Source: Escherichia phage P479. From it: a stretch of DNA of 64,000 bases. The notes beneath the pieces were generated by a model. That model was given only the letters and a program-made list of their open reading frames with translations. It was not told the origin of the DNA and did not search any database. Both the position numbers and the translations under genes were made by a program. The DNA is taken from the sequence record MW269952.1. The stretch is one strand, 5' to 3'. This document shows positions 46,301 through 57,268 of the stretch, piece by piece (the stretch's first letter is position 1; every line of letters starts with the position of its first letter).

Positions 46301-47338
46301 CAAAACATCAGTTGGTAAATCGATATTAATCGTTGCCGGAGTTGAGTTATCTTCGCCAAATACAATGACGCTTTCGTTTGGTAAAAGTTTAACACTGTCA
46401 CGAATAACGCGCAGACGAGTTTTAAAATCACCATCCCAAACATACCAGAGTTTTTCGGCAGCATTATAAACGAAGAAACCATCACCTGTGGTACGGAATT
46501 CCATTTGATGCTGACCAGCTTTACCAAGACTAGAACTGGTGTCAAAGGTTTCAACCATCAGGTGGAACGTTGGTCCCATGCCATCGATATCAACAGATTT
46601 GACAATATCACCCTGGTTTGCATACTTAGGAAGAATGAAAGTAATCGGTGCACCAGTTGTATAACGACGCATAATAAAGTCGCCAGCTTGTGCATGGAAA
46701 CGACCTGTCGATGGTTCTACTCTGATGCCACGTTCTTCGTTGCCAGCTTCCCAAAATTGCCATAAGCGGTTTGAAAAAATAAGCATGTTATAAGAGAATG
46801 GTTTGGTAATTAAAACTTCCGGATATTGATTACCAAAGCGAACAATCTTTTGGTTACCTGCCCCTGGTACGTTGCTTGACTGGATTTTAATTTCATTGTA
46901 ACCAACGTTCCCACCGATATCTTTAATAACGATGGTATCACCATCAACCGGGTTTGGAGGCAATGTAAATGTGGTAAAGCTTGCAGCAGAGTCGACGGCG
47001 ATAAATTCGCCCGAGTTAAGCTGACGAGTTGGAGATGCAACAGTTTCCCATTTAGGGTCAGTACGAGTTGCTAACCAATACTGAGGGGTAAATGCTCCCG
47101 CAGGAGCCGCGATATCACGTTGAGCAACCCAAATACGGTTATCATTAATAACTGCAAAGTTCTTTTTGTATCCGCGTGTTGCATCATATTGTTGAACTGT
47201 GTTTTCTTCTATAAAGAAATCTACGTTAACGCCGTCTGATAAAACTGAGTAATCAGCTTTTGCGACATTAATGACTTTCTCACCAGCAGCATCGAGACCG
47301 GATGTTGCTCTGAATGCTGGTTTTAAAATATCGGCCAT
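43382..47338 (-). CDS. 34: gp34 long tail fibre proximal subunit
   Basis: 1318 aa (T4 gp34 1289 aa); late promoter TATAAATA upstream. Confidence 0.88.
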   Translation of the reverse strand: MADILKPAFRATSGLDAAGEKVINVAKADYSVLSDGVNVDFFIEENTVQQYDATRGYKKNFAVINDNRIWVAQRDIAAPAGAFTPQYWLATRTDPKWETVASPTRQLNSGEFIAVDSAASFTTFTLPPNPVDGDTIVIKDIGGNVGYNEIKIQSSNVPGAGNQKIVRFGNQYPEVLITKPFSYNMLIFSNRLWQFWEAGNEERGIRVEPSTGRFHAQAGDFIMRRYTTGAPITFILPKYANQGDIVKSVDIDGMGPTFHLMVETFDTSSSLGKAGQHQMEFRTTGDGFFVYNAAEKLWYVWDGDFKTRLRVIRDSVKLLPNESVIVFGEDNSTPATINIDLPTDVLQGDIVKIALNYLRKSQTVNIRAAVGDKIASDIKLLQFPKRSEYPPDTTWVMVDSLTFNGNISYTPVIELSYAEDEVSGTSYWVVAQNVPTVERVDSLNDSTRTRLGVIALANQTQANVDHENNPEKELAITPQTLANRVAKENQRGIARIATTAQVNQNSDFAFVDDVIISPKKLNERTATETRRGLAELATQQETDAGVDDTTIITPKKLQARQGSESLSGIVTYVSTTGTTPAASRELNGTNVYNKNTVNLVVSPKALDQYKATYTQQGAVILAVESEVIAGTSQSGWANAVVTPEMLHRKTALDSRIGLIEIATQVETDAGTDYTRAVTPKTLNDRKASETLTGIAEIATQSEFDTGTDDTRISTPLKIKNRFNNTARTSVNALSGLVETGTLWDHYSLNILEANETQRGTARLATQGEVNTGTDDKTIVTPLKLMSKKATENAEGIVRIATNTEATAGTSKVLAISPSALKYIAQTETTWEASETLRGFVRLSSGAATSAATTTTGAGFTYANGVYTPDPSKLVSYAKSGYAVSPYELNRVLQNFLPINAMAVNAEKLDNLDSTQFIRRDIAQTVEGVLTLTKQTNISAPVVSTSTAVFTDVTAGTSTFGTVNVVNGTNKWKITAPSAGTTMTIGDTTNVLTLNTASGNVAVLNNLSAGNDVQAKNNYVLNGRTIATTTGEASGATLALGDNSQNLVLKTLDAGNIIANGGGAFKVLTEKNAVEIVDRNFVNQAGDTMSGVLRVNAPVRVFGTKPSLIAQAPTADTVGFWSVDINDEPTYSQFPGYWTMKLKRQVNIDTVQTKPAGVTDEVWNASGWLTENGTFASPAIRYRNDDGSLGDEVLSSSGQKLRGTWFDYSVRDKQIKYPGTLTQFGNTLDSCYQDWVCYPTGLNGGTIRYTRTWQKNKSAWTTFAMVYTADNPPSAEDVGALPADNTTMGNLTILDWLRIGNVRIIPDPTTKSVKFEWIE

Positions 47339-47369
47339 GTGCTTTATCCTTATTGATTTGGTATATGTG

Positions 47370-47377
47370 TATTTATA
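47370..47377 (-). promoter_or_regulatory. late promoter TATAAATA (gene 34)
   Basis: Minus strand reads TATAAATA ~32 nt upstream of gp34 ATG. Confidence 0.7.
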
Positions 47378-47434
47378 TTGCTTTAAAAATTTTATGCTAA
47401 TATAATCGAGTCAACTAATTGAACAGAGGTTCAT

Positions 47435-48379
47435 ATGAATTTAGATTTTTTACTCCCTGAAGAAGACCGCCAAAAAGATGGTTTTCAGTTACTCGATTTT
47501 AGTCAGCTCATCATGGCTGCAGCCTTTCAGGAATTCGGCAAAGACGCGGGCTTTCCTAAAGTAACAACTGCAATGACCAGGCACCTGGTTCTGAACTCCA
47601 TCAGAAAAAATATTGTGCAGTTCAAGAAGCTCGGTTATACGATTCCGATTATTTGTGTTGATAACTCGAAGAATGGCTATTGGCGCCGGACTAAATCTTA
47701 TTATTATAAGAAAAACCGTGCGAAAGCTCGTGAAGAGTCTCAATTCGATTGGGAAGGTCTACATGCTGCCATGCACATCATCATCGATGAAATGGAAAAA
47801 CACATGCCTTACATCGTGATGAATATGGATAAAGTCGAGGCTGATGACCATATTGCAGTATTAACGAAGTTGCTCACTGGTCTCGGACATCCGGTTATGA
47901 TTGTTTCTTCGGATGGTGACTTTACACAGTTGCATAAATTCCCTGGGGTGAAACAATGGTCCCCGATGCAGAAAAAATATGTCAAAACTAAATCAGGCGA
48001 TGCCCTTATGGATTGCGTGACAAAGGTTGTTAAAGGTGACAAAAAAGATAACGTGTCGAGCATCAAGGTTCGTGGTGATTTTTATTACACTCACGAAGAA
48101 GGTGAACGCACTCCACCGACCCGTGCAGCCGAGCTTGAACAAATTGCGCTCAACTATTACGACCATGACGTGCTGAAAACGCTTTTAACAGAAGAGCAAT
48201 ATAATAGATTCTGTGAAAACCAATTGTTGATTGATATGGACTTTATCCCAACGGAAATATCCGCTTCAATCTTAGAACGATATAATAACTACGTTATCCC
48301 AGCCAAAAGTAAAGTTTATCCTTACTTTGTTAAGTCTGGTCTGTCTAAACTAACTGCAAACATTGCTGAATTTTATTAA
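47435..48379 (+). CDS. rnh: RNase H (FEN-family 5'-3' exonuclease)
   Basis: 314 aa; CVDNSKNGYWRR..YYYKKNRAKAREES and SSDGDFTQLHK match T4 rnh. Confidence 0.9.
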   Translation: MNLDFLLPEEDRQKDGFQLLDFSQLIMAAAFQEFGKDAGFPKVTTAMTRHLVLNSIRKNIVQFKKLGYTIPIICVDNSKNGYWRRTKSYYYKKNRAKAREESQFDWEGLHAAMHIIIDEMEKHMPYIVMNMDKVEADDHIAVLTKLLTGLGHPVMIVSSDGDFTQLHKFPGVKQWSPMQKKYVKTKSGDALMDCVTKVVKGDKKDNVSSIKVRGDFYYTHEEGERTPPTRAAELEQIALNYYDHDVLKTLLTEEQYNRFCENQLLIDMDFIPTEISASILERYNNYVIPAKSKVYPYFVKSGLSKLTANIAEFY

Positions 48380-48387
48380 GGTATATT

Positions 48388-48657
48388 ATGAAAGAGAAAA
48401 AAGTGAAAGTTGAATTTTGTCCTGATACTCATGGTGCTGAACTGGCCAAGCTGATTAAAGCTGCTTCCGATACCAAATTAAAAATGGAAGCATATGCAGA
48501 CGAAATTAAAGACCTTAAAGACAAGGCAAAAACCGAATTAGGCGTTGACGGTAAGATGTTCAATACACAGCTCGGCCTGTATCATAAAGGCACCCGTGAG
48601 CGTTTTGAAGATGAAAAAACCGAAGCTGTGGAGCTCTATGATGTCCTCTTTAGTTAA
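48388..48657 (+). CDS. dsbA: DsbA-like double-stranded DNA binding protein
   Basis: 89 aa (same as T4 DsbA); between rnh and 33. Confidence 0.6.
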   Translation: MKEKKVKVEFCPDTHGAELAKLIKAASDTKLKMEAYADEIKDLKDKAKTELGVDGKMFNTQLGLYHKGTRERFEDEKTEAVELYDVLFS

Positions 48658-48931
48658 TTTTGATACACAGAAAACTGAATCGCCTTCCGGGGCGATTAGT
48701 AAGCAGCAAAACGGGCTTGATATTGAAGCCATGGTCGAGTCAACTGAAATGTCTTATCTGGAAGCTGCGACTGCCTGGTTGGAAGAACGTGGAATTCCTG
48801 AAGGTAATTTTGCTCGATATATCCCTGCGGGAATCGTCGATAAGATTATGAATGAAGCATATGATGATAACCTGCTTCGTCCGAGTATGTCTCGTACACA
48901 GAAAACTAATACGCTGGACTTTTTGTTATGA
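48638..48931 (+). CDS. 33: gp33 late transcription co-activator
   Basis: 97 aa from in-frame ATG 48638; between dsbA and 59. Confidence 0.6.
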   Translation: MMSSLVNFDTQKTESPSGAISKQQNGLDIEAMVESTEMSYLEAATAWLEERGIPEGNFARYIPAGIVDKIMNEAYDDNLLRPSMSRTQKTNTLDFLL

Positions 48932-49596
48932 TTACGATTCGCATGCCTCCAAATAACAACCGATATATAAATGGTAAATCAGTATACCAACTGTACTTAT
49001 CCATCAAACAGCATTTTTCGGGTCGTTATGATATTATCAAATATAACTGGACCATGCGAATCTCCGATAGTGCTTATCAAAAACGTCGCGATAAGTATTT
49101 TTTCGAAAAGCTTAGCGATAAGTACACTCTCAAAGAATTAACGTTAATATTCATGTCAAACCTGGTTGCAAACCAGGATGCATGGATAGGCGATATAAGT
49201 GATGCCGATGCTCTGATATTTTATAGAGAATACATTGGCCGACTTAAAAGAATTAGACAAGTATACGAAGATGATATAAAGAACATCTATTACTTCAGTA
49301 AGAAAGTCGAAGTCAAATCGCTCCAAGAGATTTTCGAGTATAATACTAAAGTGAATACAAGTTATATTTTCAAACTTCTCCAATCGAATGTTATCTCATT
49401 TGAAACGTTTTGTTTGCTTGATTCATTTTTAGGCATTATAAATAAACATGATGAACAGACTAACGACTTGGTTTGGGAAAAGTATTCAACCAAACTAAAT
49501 GCCTATAAGAAAATCTTAAATATAGATTCTCTTGAAGCTCGTAAATTGTTCATCGAGACCGTTAAAAACTGTCAAATAACGCTTCAATCACTTTGA
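48928..49596 (+). CDS. 59: gp59 helicase loader
   Basis: 222 aa; GKSVYQLYL..KQH, YNWTMR, KRRDKYFF, NLVANQDAWIGD match T4 gp59. Confidence 0.9.
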   Translation: MITIRMPPNNNRYINGKSVYQLYLSIKQHFSGRYDIIKYNWTMRISDSAYQKRRDKYFFEKLSDKYTLKELTLIFMSNLVANQDAWIGDISDADALIFYREYIGRLKRIRQVYEDDIKNIYYFSKKVEVKSLQEIFEYNTKVNTSYIFKLLQSNVISFETFCLLDSFLGIINKHDEQTNDLVWEKYSTKLNAYKKILNIDSLEARKLFIETVKNCQITLQSL

Positions 49597-49656
49597 AGTA
49601 TAATTAATACGTAATCAAAACAACTGCTAAAAATCAAATAATCTAAGGAAAATCAT

Positions 49657-50568
49657 ATGTCTATGTTTAAACGTAAAAACCCTGCTGACCTGGCTGCTTC
49701 CCTTAACGCTCTGAAAGGTGGTGCTGGTTTCTCTTCTGACGATAAAAAAGAATGGAAACTGAAAGATACTGATGGTGTCGGCTCTGCGGTTATTCGTTTC
49801 CTGCCTTCTAAGAATGAAGAAAATCCATCTCCGTTCATCAAGCTCGTTAACCACGGCTTTAAAAACGCGGGTCAATGGTATATTGAAAACTGTACTTCTA
49901 CTCACGGTGATTATGAAAACTGTCCTGTGTGTGCGTACATGAATAAGAATGACCTGTACAATACAAACGAATCCGAATATCGTAAACTGAAGCGTAATAC
50001 TTCTTACTGGGCTAACATCCTGGTCATTAAAGACCCTGCTGTTCCGTCTAATGAAGGTCAAGTATTCAAATACCGCTTCGGCAAGAAAATCATGGACAAA
50101 ATCAACCAGATGGTTGAAGTCGATGTTGACATGGGTGAAACTGCTATCGATGTAACTTGTCCGTTTGAAGGTGCGAACTTCGTACTGAAATCTAAAATGG
50201 TTTCCGGTTATAAAAACTACGATGATTCCAAATTCATGAACCAGTCTGAAATCGCTGGTATCAATGATGAAGCATTCCAGAAAAAACTTTGGGACGAAAT
50301 GTCTGACCTGAATGAATTGCTGGTATTTAAATCCCTTGAAGAGAATCAGAAGAAATTCTCTAAAGTAATGGGTACAGCTGCTCTCGGTGGTGCTGCTTCT
50401 AAAGCTGCTGCACAAGCCGATAAACTGGGCGCTGACCTGGACGATTTTGATAAAGATATGGAAGACTTCACTTCCAGCAAACCTGCTAAGTCTGAACGCA
50501 CTGCGACTGCTCCAAGCACTCCAGAGCCTTCTGATGATGGTCTTGACGACCTTCTGGCTGGCCTTTAA
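49657..50568 (+). CDS. 32: gp32 single-stranded DNA binding protein
   Basis: 303 aa; IRFLPSKN, zinc site [14 protein letters not shown], acidic C-terminus. Confidence 0.93.
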   Translation: MSMFKRKNPADLAASLNALKGGAGFSSDDKKEWKLKDTDGVGSAVIRFLPSKNEENPSPFIKLVNHGFKNAGQWYIENCTSTHGDYENCPVCAYMNKNDLYNTNESEYRKLKRNTSYWANILVIKDPAVPSNEGQVFKYRFGKKIMDKINQMVEVDVDMGETAIDVTCPFEGANFVLKSKMVSGYKNYDDSKFMNQSEIAGINDEAFQKKLWDEMSDLNELLVFKSLEENQKKFSKVMGTAALGGAASKAAAQADKLGADLDDFDKDMEDFTSSKPAKSERTATAPSTPEPSDDGLDDLLAGL

Positions 50569-50572
50569 TATA

Positions 50573-50597
50573 AGGGGACCTTCGGGTCCCTTTTTTA
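50573..50597 (+). terminator. intrinsic terminator (after gene 32)
   Basis: GGGGACC-TTCG-GGTCCC then TTTTTT. Confidence 0.8.
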
Positions 50598-50602
50598 TTT
50601 TC

Positions 50603-50678
50603 AAAAAGTAGTGTACAAGTCCCTTGAGCTAAGGCATAATGATTCCATCAACTACTGATAACAACTGAGGAAATAAAA
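50603..50678 (+). promoter_or_regulatory. early promoter cassette
   Basis: AAAAAGTAGTGTACA; CATAAT 50635-50640; box CCATCAACTACTGATAACAACTGAGGAAA. Confidence 0.6.
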
Positions 50679-51041
50679 ATGGAAATCGGCAAAAAATATG
50701 AGTTCAATCCACATCGTATTAAATCTTTCATTGATATTAGTTCATCGAATGCTAGTATGGTCGACATCATCCAAGAAAATGGCGGTTGGTTTGAAGTTAA
50801 ATCAATATCAAGTGCAGACGGCTATGATTATGTAACCGAAATCATTTGTGCTAATGGTGCAATCTATAATGATGATGGCATGGGTGATGATTATTTTGAA
50901 CTTAGTGAAGAAGAGTTTTATTGCTTCCGTGAATACTCCAATTATACAAAAACACCTTCGGGGGCGGTTTCTATTAATTGTGTTGTAGATGCTAATAACG
51001 TCGACCAAATCATTGAACTTCTACAAAAAGCTTTCAAATAG
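50679..51041 (+). CDS. hypothetical protein, paralog of 51390 ORF (120 aa)
   Basis: GKKYEFNP, DDYFELSEEEFYCF, IIELLQKAF mirror the 51390 ORF. Confidence 0.55.
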   Translation: MEIGKKYEFNPHRIKSFIDISSSNASMVDIIQENGGWFEVKSISSADGYDYVTEIICANGAIYNDDGMGDDYFELSEEEFYCFREYSNYTKTPSGAVSINCVVDANNVDQIIELLQKAFK

Positions 51042-51043
51042 CA

Positions 51044-51103
51044 GTTTGCAACGGGTCTATGATTATGTTATTATAGACCTATCAACTACATGAGGAAAAT
51101 AAA
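51044..51103 (+). promoter_or_regulatory. stem-loop cassette with leader box
   Basis: GGTCTATgattatgttattATAGACC; box TATCAACTACATGAGGAAAATAAAATG. Confidence 0.5.
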
Positions 51104-51331
51104 ATGGCTAAGGTTAATATTGATATCGTTGATTTTGAATACACTTACGAAGTTATCCGTAATCGTTATCCTTCTTTGTGTATGACTTACATTAAAGATA
51201 CCCAATTCTTTAGTATTCAAATTGAAGTTCAAGGTCCTCTCAAAGACCTTACCCGCTTTATGCAAAATGAATATTGCGAAGGGATGCACCCGGAAGATGC
51301 TGAATTTTATATGGGCTTGATTCAAGCTTAG
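51104..51331 (+). CDS. hypothetical protein (75 aa)
   Basis: ORF after stem-loop cassette. Confidence 0.5.
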   Translation: MAKVNIDIVDFEYTYEVIRNRYPSLCMTYIKDTQFFSIQIEVQGPLKDLTRFMQNEYCEGMHPEDAEFYMGLIQA

Positions 51332-51389
51332 TATACAAACCAACGGGAACATGATAATATGTTCCCTCAACAAAAATGAGGAAATTAAA
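51331..51389 (+). promoter_or_regulatory. early promoter plus stem-loop cassette
   Basis: GTATACA; stem GGGAACATgataatATGTTCCC with GATAAT in loop. Confidence 0.5.
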
Positions 51390-51758
51390 ATGATGGAAAC
51401 TGGTAAATTTTACGTATTAGACCCTGCTGCTAAAAAACAATTCATCGCTGGTAGTCCTGATGATAATTCGTGCATGGTCAAGTTGATGGAACAACATGGT
51501 AGTTCCTTCAAAGTCCTGGATATGTGCTATATTGAAGGTGATTATTTTGTTGAAAAAGTTGAAATGAAAGATGGTACCATCCTGAATAGTATGGGTGATT
51601 TTGATGAGTACTTTGAACTCGCTGAATGGGAATTCTGTCACTTCCTGGAAGTTGATGGCGATGCTCCTGATGTTGATACCCAAACCATTCATGTGCAAGT
51701 CAATCACAAAAATGCCGCAGAAGTCATTGCACTGATTAAAGCAACTTTTGGGGTCTAA
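51390..51758 (+). CDS. hypothetical protein, paralog of 50679 ORF (122 aa)
   Basis: In-frame ATG 51390 after RBS TGAGGAAATTAAA. Confidence 0.55.
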   Translation: MMETGKFYVLDPAAKKQFIAGSPDDNSCMVKLMEQHGSSFKVLDMCYIEGDYFVEKVEMKDGTILNSMGDFDEYFELAEWEFCHFLEVDGDAPDVDTQTIHVQVNHKNAAEVIALIKATFGV

Positions 51759-52014
51759 TATGACTAAAGATGATTTCCTGGATGCAGTAGAAAAGGCGAG
51801 TGAACAGTTTGAAGTAATGGGTGTACGTTTACATAAAGACAGAAATTATGGTCTGGATGTTCAAACATACTCATTATGGCTTGTTGGTGAACATAGTCTT
51901 GCAACCAATCTGGTGATGGGTGTAGATACCTATCCTTTATTAGTTAAGTCCAGAAGTATGGAAAAAGCCACCAAGGAAATGACTAAACTTGGAAAATGGC
52001 TTGATAAAATTTAA
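51748..52014 (+). CDS. hypothetical protein (88 aa)
   Basis: ORF. Confidence 0.5.
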   Translation: MGSNMTKDDFLDAVEKASEQFEVMGVRLHKDRNYGLDVQTYSLWLVGEHSLATNLVMGVDTYPLLVKSRSMEKATKEMTKLGKWLDKI

Positions 52015-52089
52015 AAAGTAGTGTACAACCAAATGGGGCTATAATATAATGGTCCCATACTGAGTTACACAATAAAACTGGAGAATAAA
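52014..52089 (+). promoter_or_regulatory. early promoter cassette
   Basis: AAAAGTAGTGTACA; ATATAAT; box CCCATACTGAGTTACACAAT; RBS CTGGAGAATAAA. Confidence 0.6.
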
Positions 52090-52329
52090 ATGAAATTACA
52101 ACGTGAGAGCATCAAAGATTCAGAAGTTAAAGGCAAATGGTATTTCACAATCCAAGGTAACAATCCAGAAGCTCTGGAAAAAGCTGAAGAAGCTTTGTGC
52201 GCAATGGGTTGGAAAGATGAGTGTGATGGTTGTCCTCTTTATGAAGATGGTAGCTCATCTGGTTTCTGGATTCACCACTCTGACGTTGACCAATTTAAAG
52301 CTGACTGGAAAATCGCTAAGAAAGCGTGA
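52090..52329 (+). CDS. hypothetical protein (79 aa)
   Basis: ORF after promoter cassette. Confidence 0.5.
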   Translation: MKLQRESIKDSEVKGKWYFTIQGNNPEALEKAEEALCAMGWKDECDGCPLYEDGSSSGFWIHHSDVDQFKADWKIAKKA

Positions 52330-52339
52330 GGAAAATATA

Positions 52340-54115
<1,776 letters not shown>

Positions 54116-54116
<1 letters not shown>

Positions 54117-54313
54117 TGAATATTCGTATAGTAAACAATAGATACGGCACCAATGAGGTGCTGTTTGAAAAAATGAACATAAGTCTCGATGAACTGCCTA
54201 AAGAGAAAACAACGATTTTTGTCCAGGGTAAAGAACTTTATGTTATGCGTGTAATTAAATCGTATGAATATGATGATTTCAATCGGTCTATCTGGTTTAT
54301 TGTCGAGGTATAA
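54116..54313 (+). CDS. hypothetical protein (65 aa)
   Basis: ORF coupled to td stop. Confidence 0.45.
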
Positions 54314-54378
54314 TGAAAATTCAAATTGTCGGTATTTTATTTCTGGCCGTAATGGTCGGGCTTAACTTCCTACTATGA
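54313..54378 (+). CDS. tiny hydrophobic peptide (21 aa), doubtful
   Basis: TAATG and ATGA coupling; hand-translated. Confidence 0.2.
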   Translation: MKIQIVGILFLAVMVGLNFLL

Positions 54379-54674
54379 AAGCCTGTCGGGTTGTTAACAA
54401 ATATCAATCCGACTTTGATGTGAATATTCAACGGGGTACCATGTGGGGAAATCCATATAAAGATGGTACCCGAGAAGAAAACATAAAGAACTTTAAAGAA
54501 TATTTCATAGCAAAGATTAAATCGGGTGAAATCAAAAGAGAACACCTTGAAACTCTCCGCGGAATGCGATTAGCCTGCACATGCAAACCGAAGTCATGTC
54601 ATGGTGATGTTATCGCTTTGGTCGTTAACAAACTTTTCAAAGACACCTTTTCGCTCGAGGATTTGGGTACATAA
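54375..54674 (+). CDS. hypothetical Cys/His-cluster protein (99 aa)
   Basis: WGNPY and CTCKPKSCHGDV; resembles a DUF4326-like family from memory. Confidence 0.45.
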   Translation: MKACRVVNKYQSDFDVNIQRGTMWGNPYKDGTREENIKNFKEYFIAKIKSGEIKREHLETLRGMRLACTCKPKSCHGDVIALVVNKLFKDTFSLEDLGT

Positions 54675-54733
54675 ATACGATTCCGCTTCAGGGCACTGTG
54701 ATATAATTATTTAAAATTTAATGAGAGGAAATT

Positions 54734-54979
54734 ATGAATTTACGATTTAAACGCCAGTCAGGCGAAGTCATTTTTGAAATGCCACAATTTACCGAACAGG
54801 ATTTACCTGCGCCAAATTCTTATATCACTATTGACGGAATCAAATTTCTGGCCAAAAGACATGAACGTGTCTACTGTCATGATTCAGCCGGTGATGTCCA
54901 GTCATATTTTGACATCACTGTCCAGTCAGAAGAAGAATATAATGATGAAATGACTTCGGAACTACCAGAGACAATTTAA
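54734..54979 (+). CDS. hypothetical protein (81 aa)
   Basis: ORF with RBS GAGAGGAAATTATG. Confidence 0.5.
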   Translation: MNLRFKRQSGEVIFEMPQFTEQDLPAPNSYITIDGIKFLAKRHERVYCHDSAGDVQSYFDITVQSEEEYNDEMTSELPETI

Positions 54980-55012
54980 GGTTCCCAACCCTTTTGAACT
55001 ATAGAGGAAAAC

Positions 55013-57268
55013 ATGCAAGTACAAAAAAGTAGTGGTGTATCTCAAGATTTTGATGGCCAGAAAATTATTAAAGTTCTTTCTTGGTCATGTGAAGGAACCA
55101 ATATCGACCCATACGAATTATACGAAACAATCAAACCACATCTGCGCGATGGCATGACTACTCGCGATATTCAGACGGTTATCATCAAAGTGTCTGCTGG
55201 GCTTATCTCGGTTGAAGAACCAGATTACCAATATGTTGCAGCCAAAGCTACGATGTTTGCTCTGCGTAAAGATGTTTATGGACAATTTGAGCCGCGTTCT
55301 TTTATTGACCAGATTTCTTATTGTGTTAATGAAGGCAAATACGACCCGGAGCTGTTGTCAAGCTACTCGGCCGAAGAGATTACTTATCTGGAATCTCGTA
55401 TCAAGCATGAACGTGATTTTGACCTGACTTATGCAGGCGCGATGCAACTTAAAGAGAAATACCTGGTTAAAGATAAAACCACTGGTAAAATCTACGAGAC
55501 TCCACAATTCGCTATCATGGCTATCGGCATGGCACTGCACCAGGATGAACCAACGGACCGCCTGAAGCACGTTTGCCGTTTTTATGATGCAGTATCCACC
55601 CGACAGGTTTCGTTGCCCACACCTATCATGGCGGGCGCCAGAACACCTACCAGGCAGTTCAGTTCCTGTGTGGTTATCGAAGCGGCTGACTCCCTGAAGT
55701 CAATTAATAAGACTGCTAATTCAATCATCGAATATATCAGTAAGCGTGCAGGTATCGGTATCAACGTTGGCATGATTCGTGCCGAAGGTTCGAAAATCGG
55801 TATGGGCGAAGTCAAGCATACTGGTGTTATTCCGTTCTGGAAACATTTCCAAACGGCTGTTAAATCATGTTCACAAGGTGGAATCCGTGGCGGCGCTGCT
55901 ACTGCTTATTATCCTATTTGGCATTTGGAAGTTGAAAATTTACTCGTTCTGAAGAACAACAAGGGCGTTGAAGAAAACCGCATCAGACATATGGACTATG
56001 GTGTCCAGCTGAATAACCTGATGATGGAACGACTGGCTAAGAATGATTACATCACTCTGTTTAGTCCACACGAAGCTGGCGGTGAATTGTATTATTCATA
56101 TTTTGATAACCCGGATAAATTCCGCGAGTTATATGAAGCCTTAGAAAAAGACCCGACGGTTCGTAAGAAGCGCATCAAAGCAAAAGATGTATTCGAATTA
56201 TTCATGACCGAACGTTCCGGTACAGCCAGGGTTTATCCGCAGTTCGTCGATAACGTGAATGACTACACTCCGTTCATCCGTGACAAGGCTCCGATTCGTC
56301 AATCAAACCTTTGCTGCGAAATTGCAATCCCAACTACTGATGTGAACAGCGAAGACGCTGAAATCGGATTGTGCACATTGTCTGCATTTGTTCTGGATAG
56401 TTTTGACTGGCAGGACCAAGATAAGATTAACGAGCTAGCCGAAGTTCAAGTTCGTGCACTTGACAACCTGTTGGACTATCAGGGTTATCCGGTTAAAGAA
56501 GCTCTGAAAGCCAAAAAACGCCGCAACCTGGGTGTTGGGGTTACTAACTATGCTGCATGGTTGGCAAGCAATTTCGCTTCCTATGCTGATGCAAATGATT
56601 TAACGCATGAACTGTTCGAGAGATTACAATATGGCCTTATCCGTGCATCAATCAAGCTCGCCAAAGAAAAAGGACCTTGCGAATATTATTCAGACACTCG
56701 TTGGGCTCGAGGCGAATTACCTATCGACTGGTACAATAAAAAGATTGACCAAATCGCAGCTCCAAACTACGTTTGTGACTGGGCGCAGTTGCGGGAAGAC
56801 CTGGTTGAATATGGCATCCGTAATAGCACATTATCAGCACTTATGCCTTGTGAGTCATCTTCCCAAGTTTCTAACAGTACAAACGGTATCGAACCTCCGC
56901 GTGGACCAGTCTCTATTAAAGAGTCAAAAGAGGGTTCCTTTAATCAAGTCGTGCCCAATATTGAGCACAATAAAGGATTGTACGATTACGCATGGGTGCT
57001 AGCTAAGCAGGGTAACAAACCTTATCTGACCCAAGTCGCGATTATGTTGAAATGGATTTGCCAGTCGGCATCAGCAAACACGTATTATGACCCGCAGAAT
57101 TATCCGAAAGGAAAAGTTCCGATGTCAGTTATGCTTGACGACTTGATGTATGGTTGGTACTACGGAATCAAGAATTTTTACTATCACAATACTCGTGATG
57201 GCTCGGGAACAGACGATTACGAAATCGAAGCTCCTAAAGCAGAAGACTGCTCCGCCTGTAAACTGTAA
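55013..57268 (+). CDS. nrdA: Ribonucleotide reductase large subunit NrdA
   Basis: 751 aa; N-terminal ATP cone; class Ia core incl. NLCCEI; terminal Cys pair. Confidence 0.93.
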   Translation: MQVQKSSGVSQDFDGQKIIKVLSWSCEGTNIDPYELYETIKPHLRDGMTTRDIQTVIIKVSAGLISVEEPDYQYVAAKATMFALRKDVYGQFEPRSFIDQISYCVNEGKYDPELLSSYSAEEITYLESRIKHERDFDLTYAGAMQLKEKYLVKDKTTGKIYETPQFAIMAIGMALHQDEPTDRLKHVCRFYDAVSTRQVSLPTPIMAGARTPTRQFSSCVVIEAADSLKSINKTANSIIEYISKRAGIGINVGMIRAEGSKIGMGEVKHTGVIPFWKHFQTAVKSCSQGGIRGGAATAYYPIWHLEVENLLVLKNNKGVEENRIRHMDYGVQLNNLMMERLAKNDYITLFSPHEAGGELYYSYFDNPDKFRELYEALEKDPTVRKKRIKAKDVFELFMTERSGTARVYPQFVDNVNDYTPFIRDKAPIRQSNLCCEIAIPTTDVNSEDAEIGLCTLSAFVLDSFDWQDQDKINELAEVQVRALDNLLDYQGYPVKEALKAKKRRNLGVGVTNYAAWLASNFASYADANDLTHELFERLQYGLIRASIKLAKEKGPCEYYSDTRWARGELPIDWYNKKIDQIAAPNYVCDWAQLREDLVEYGIRNSTLSALMPCESSSQVSNSTNGIEPPRGPVSIKESKEGSFNQVVPNIEHNKGLYDYAWVLAKQGNKPYLTQVAIMLKWICQSASANTYYDPQNYPKGKVPMSVMLDDLMYGWYYGIKNFYYHNTRDGSGTDDYEIEAPKAEDCSACKL

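Noticed and set aside
49627-50604. 325-aa ORF on the minus strand
   Set aside because: It lies entirely antisense to the well-supported gp32 gene and has low-complexity composition; a shadow ORF.
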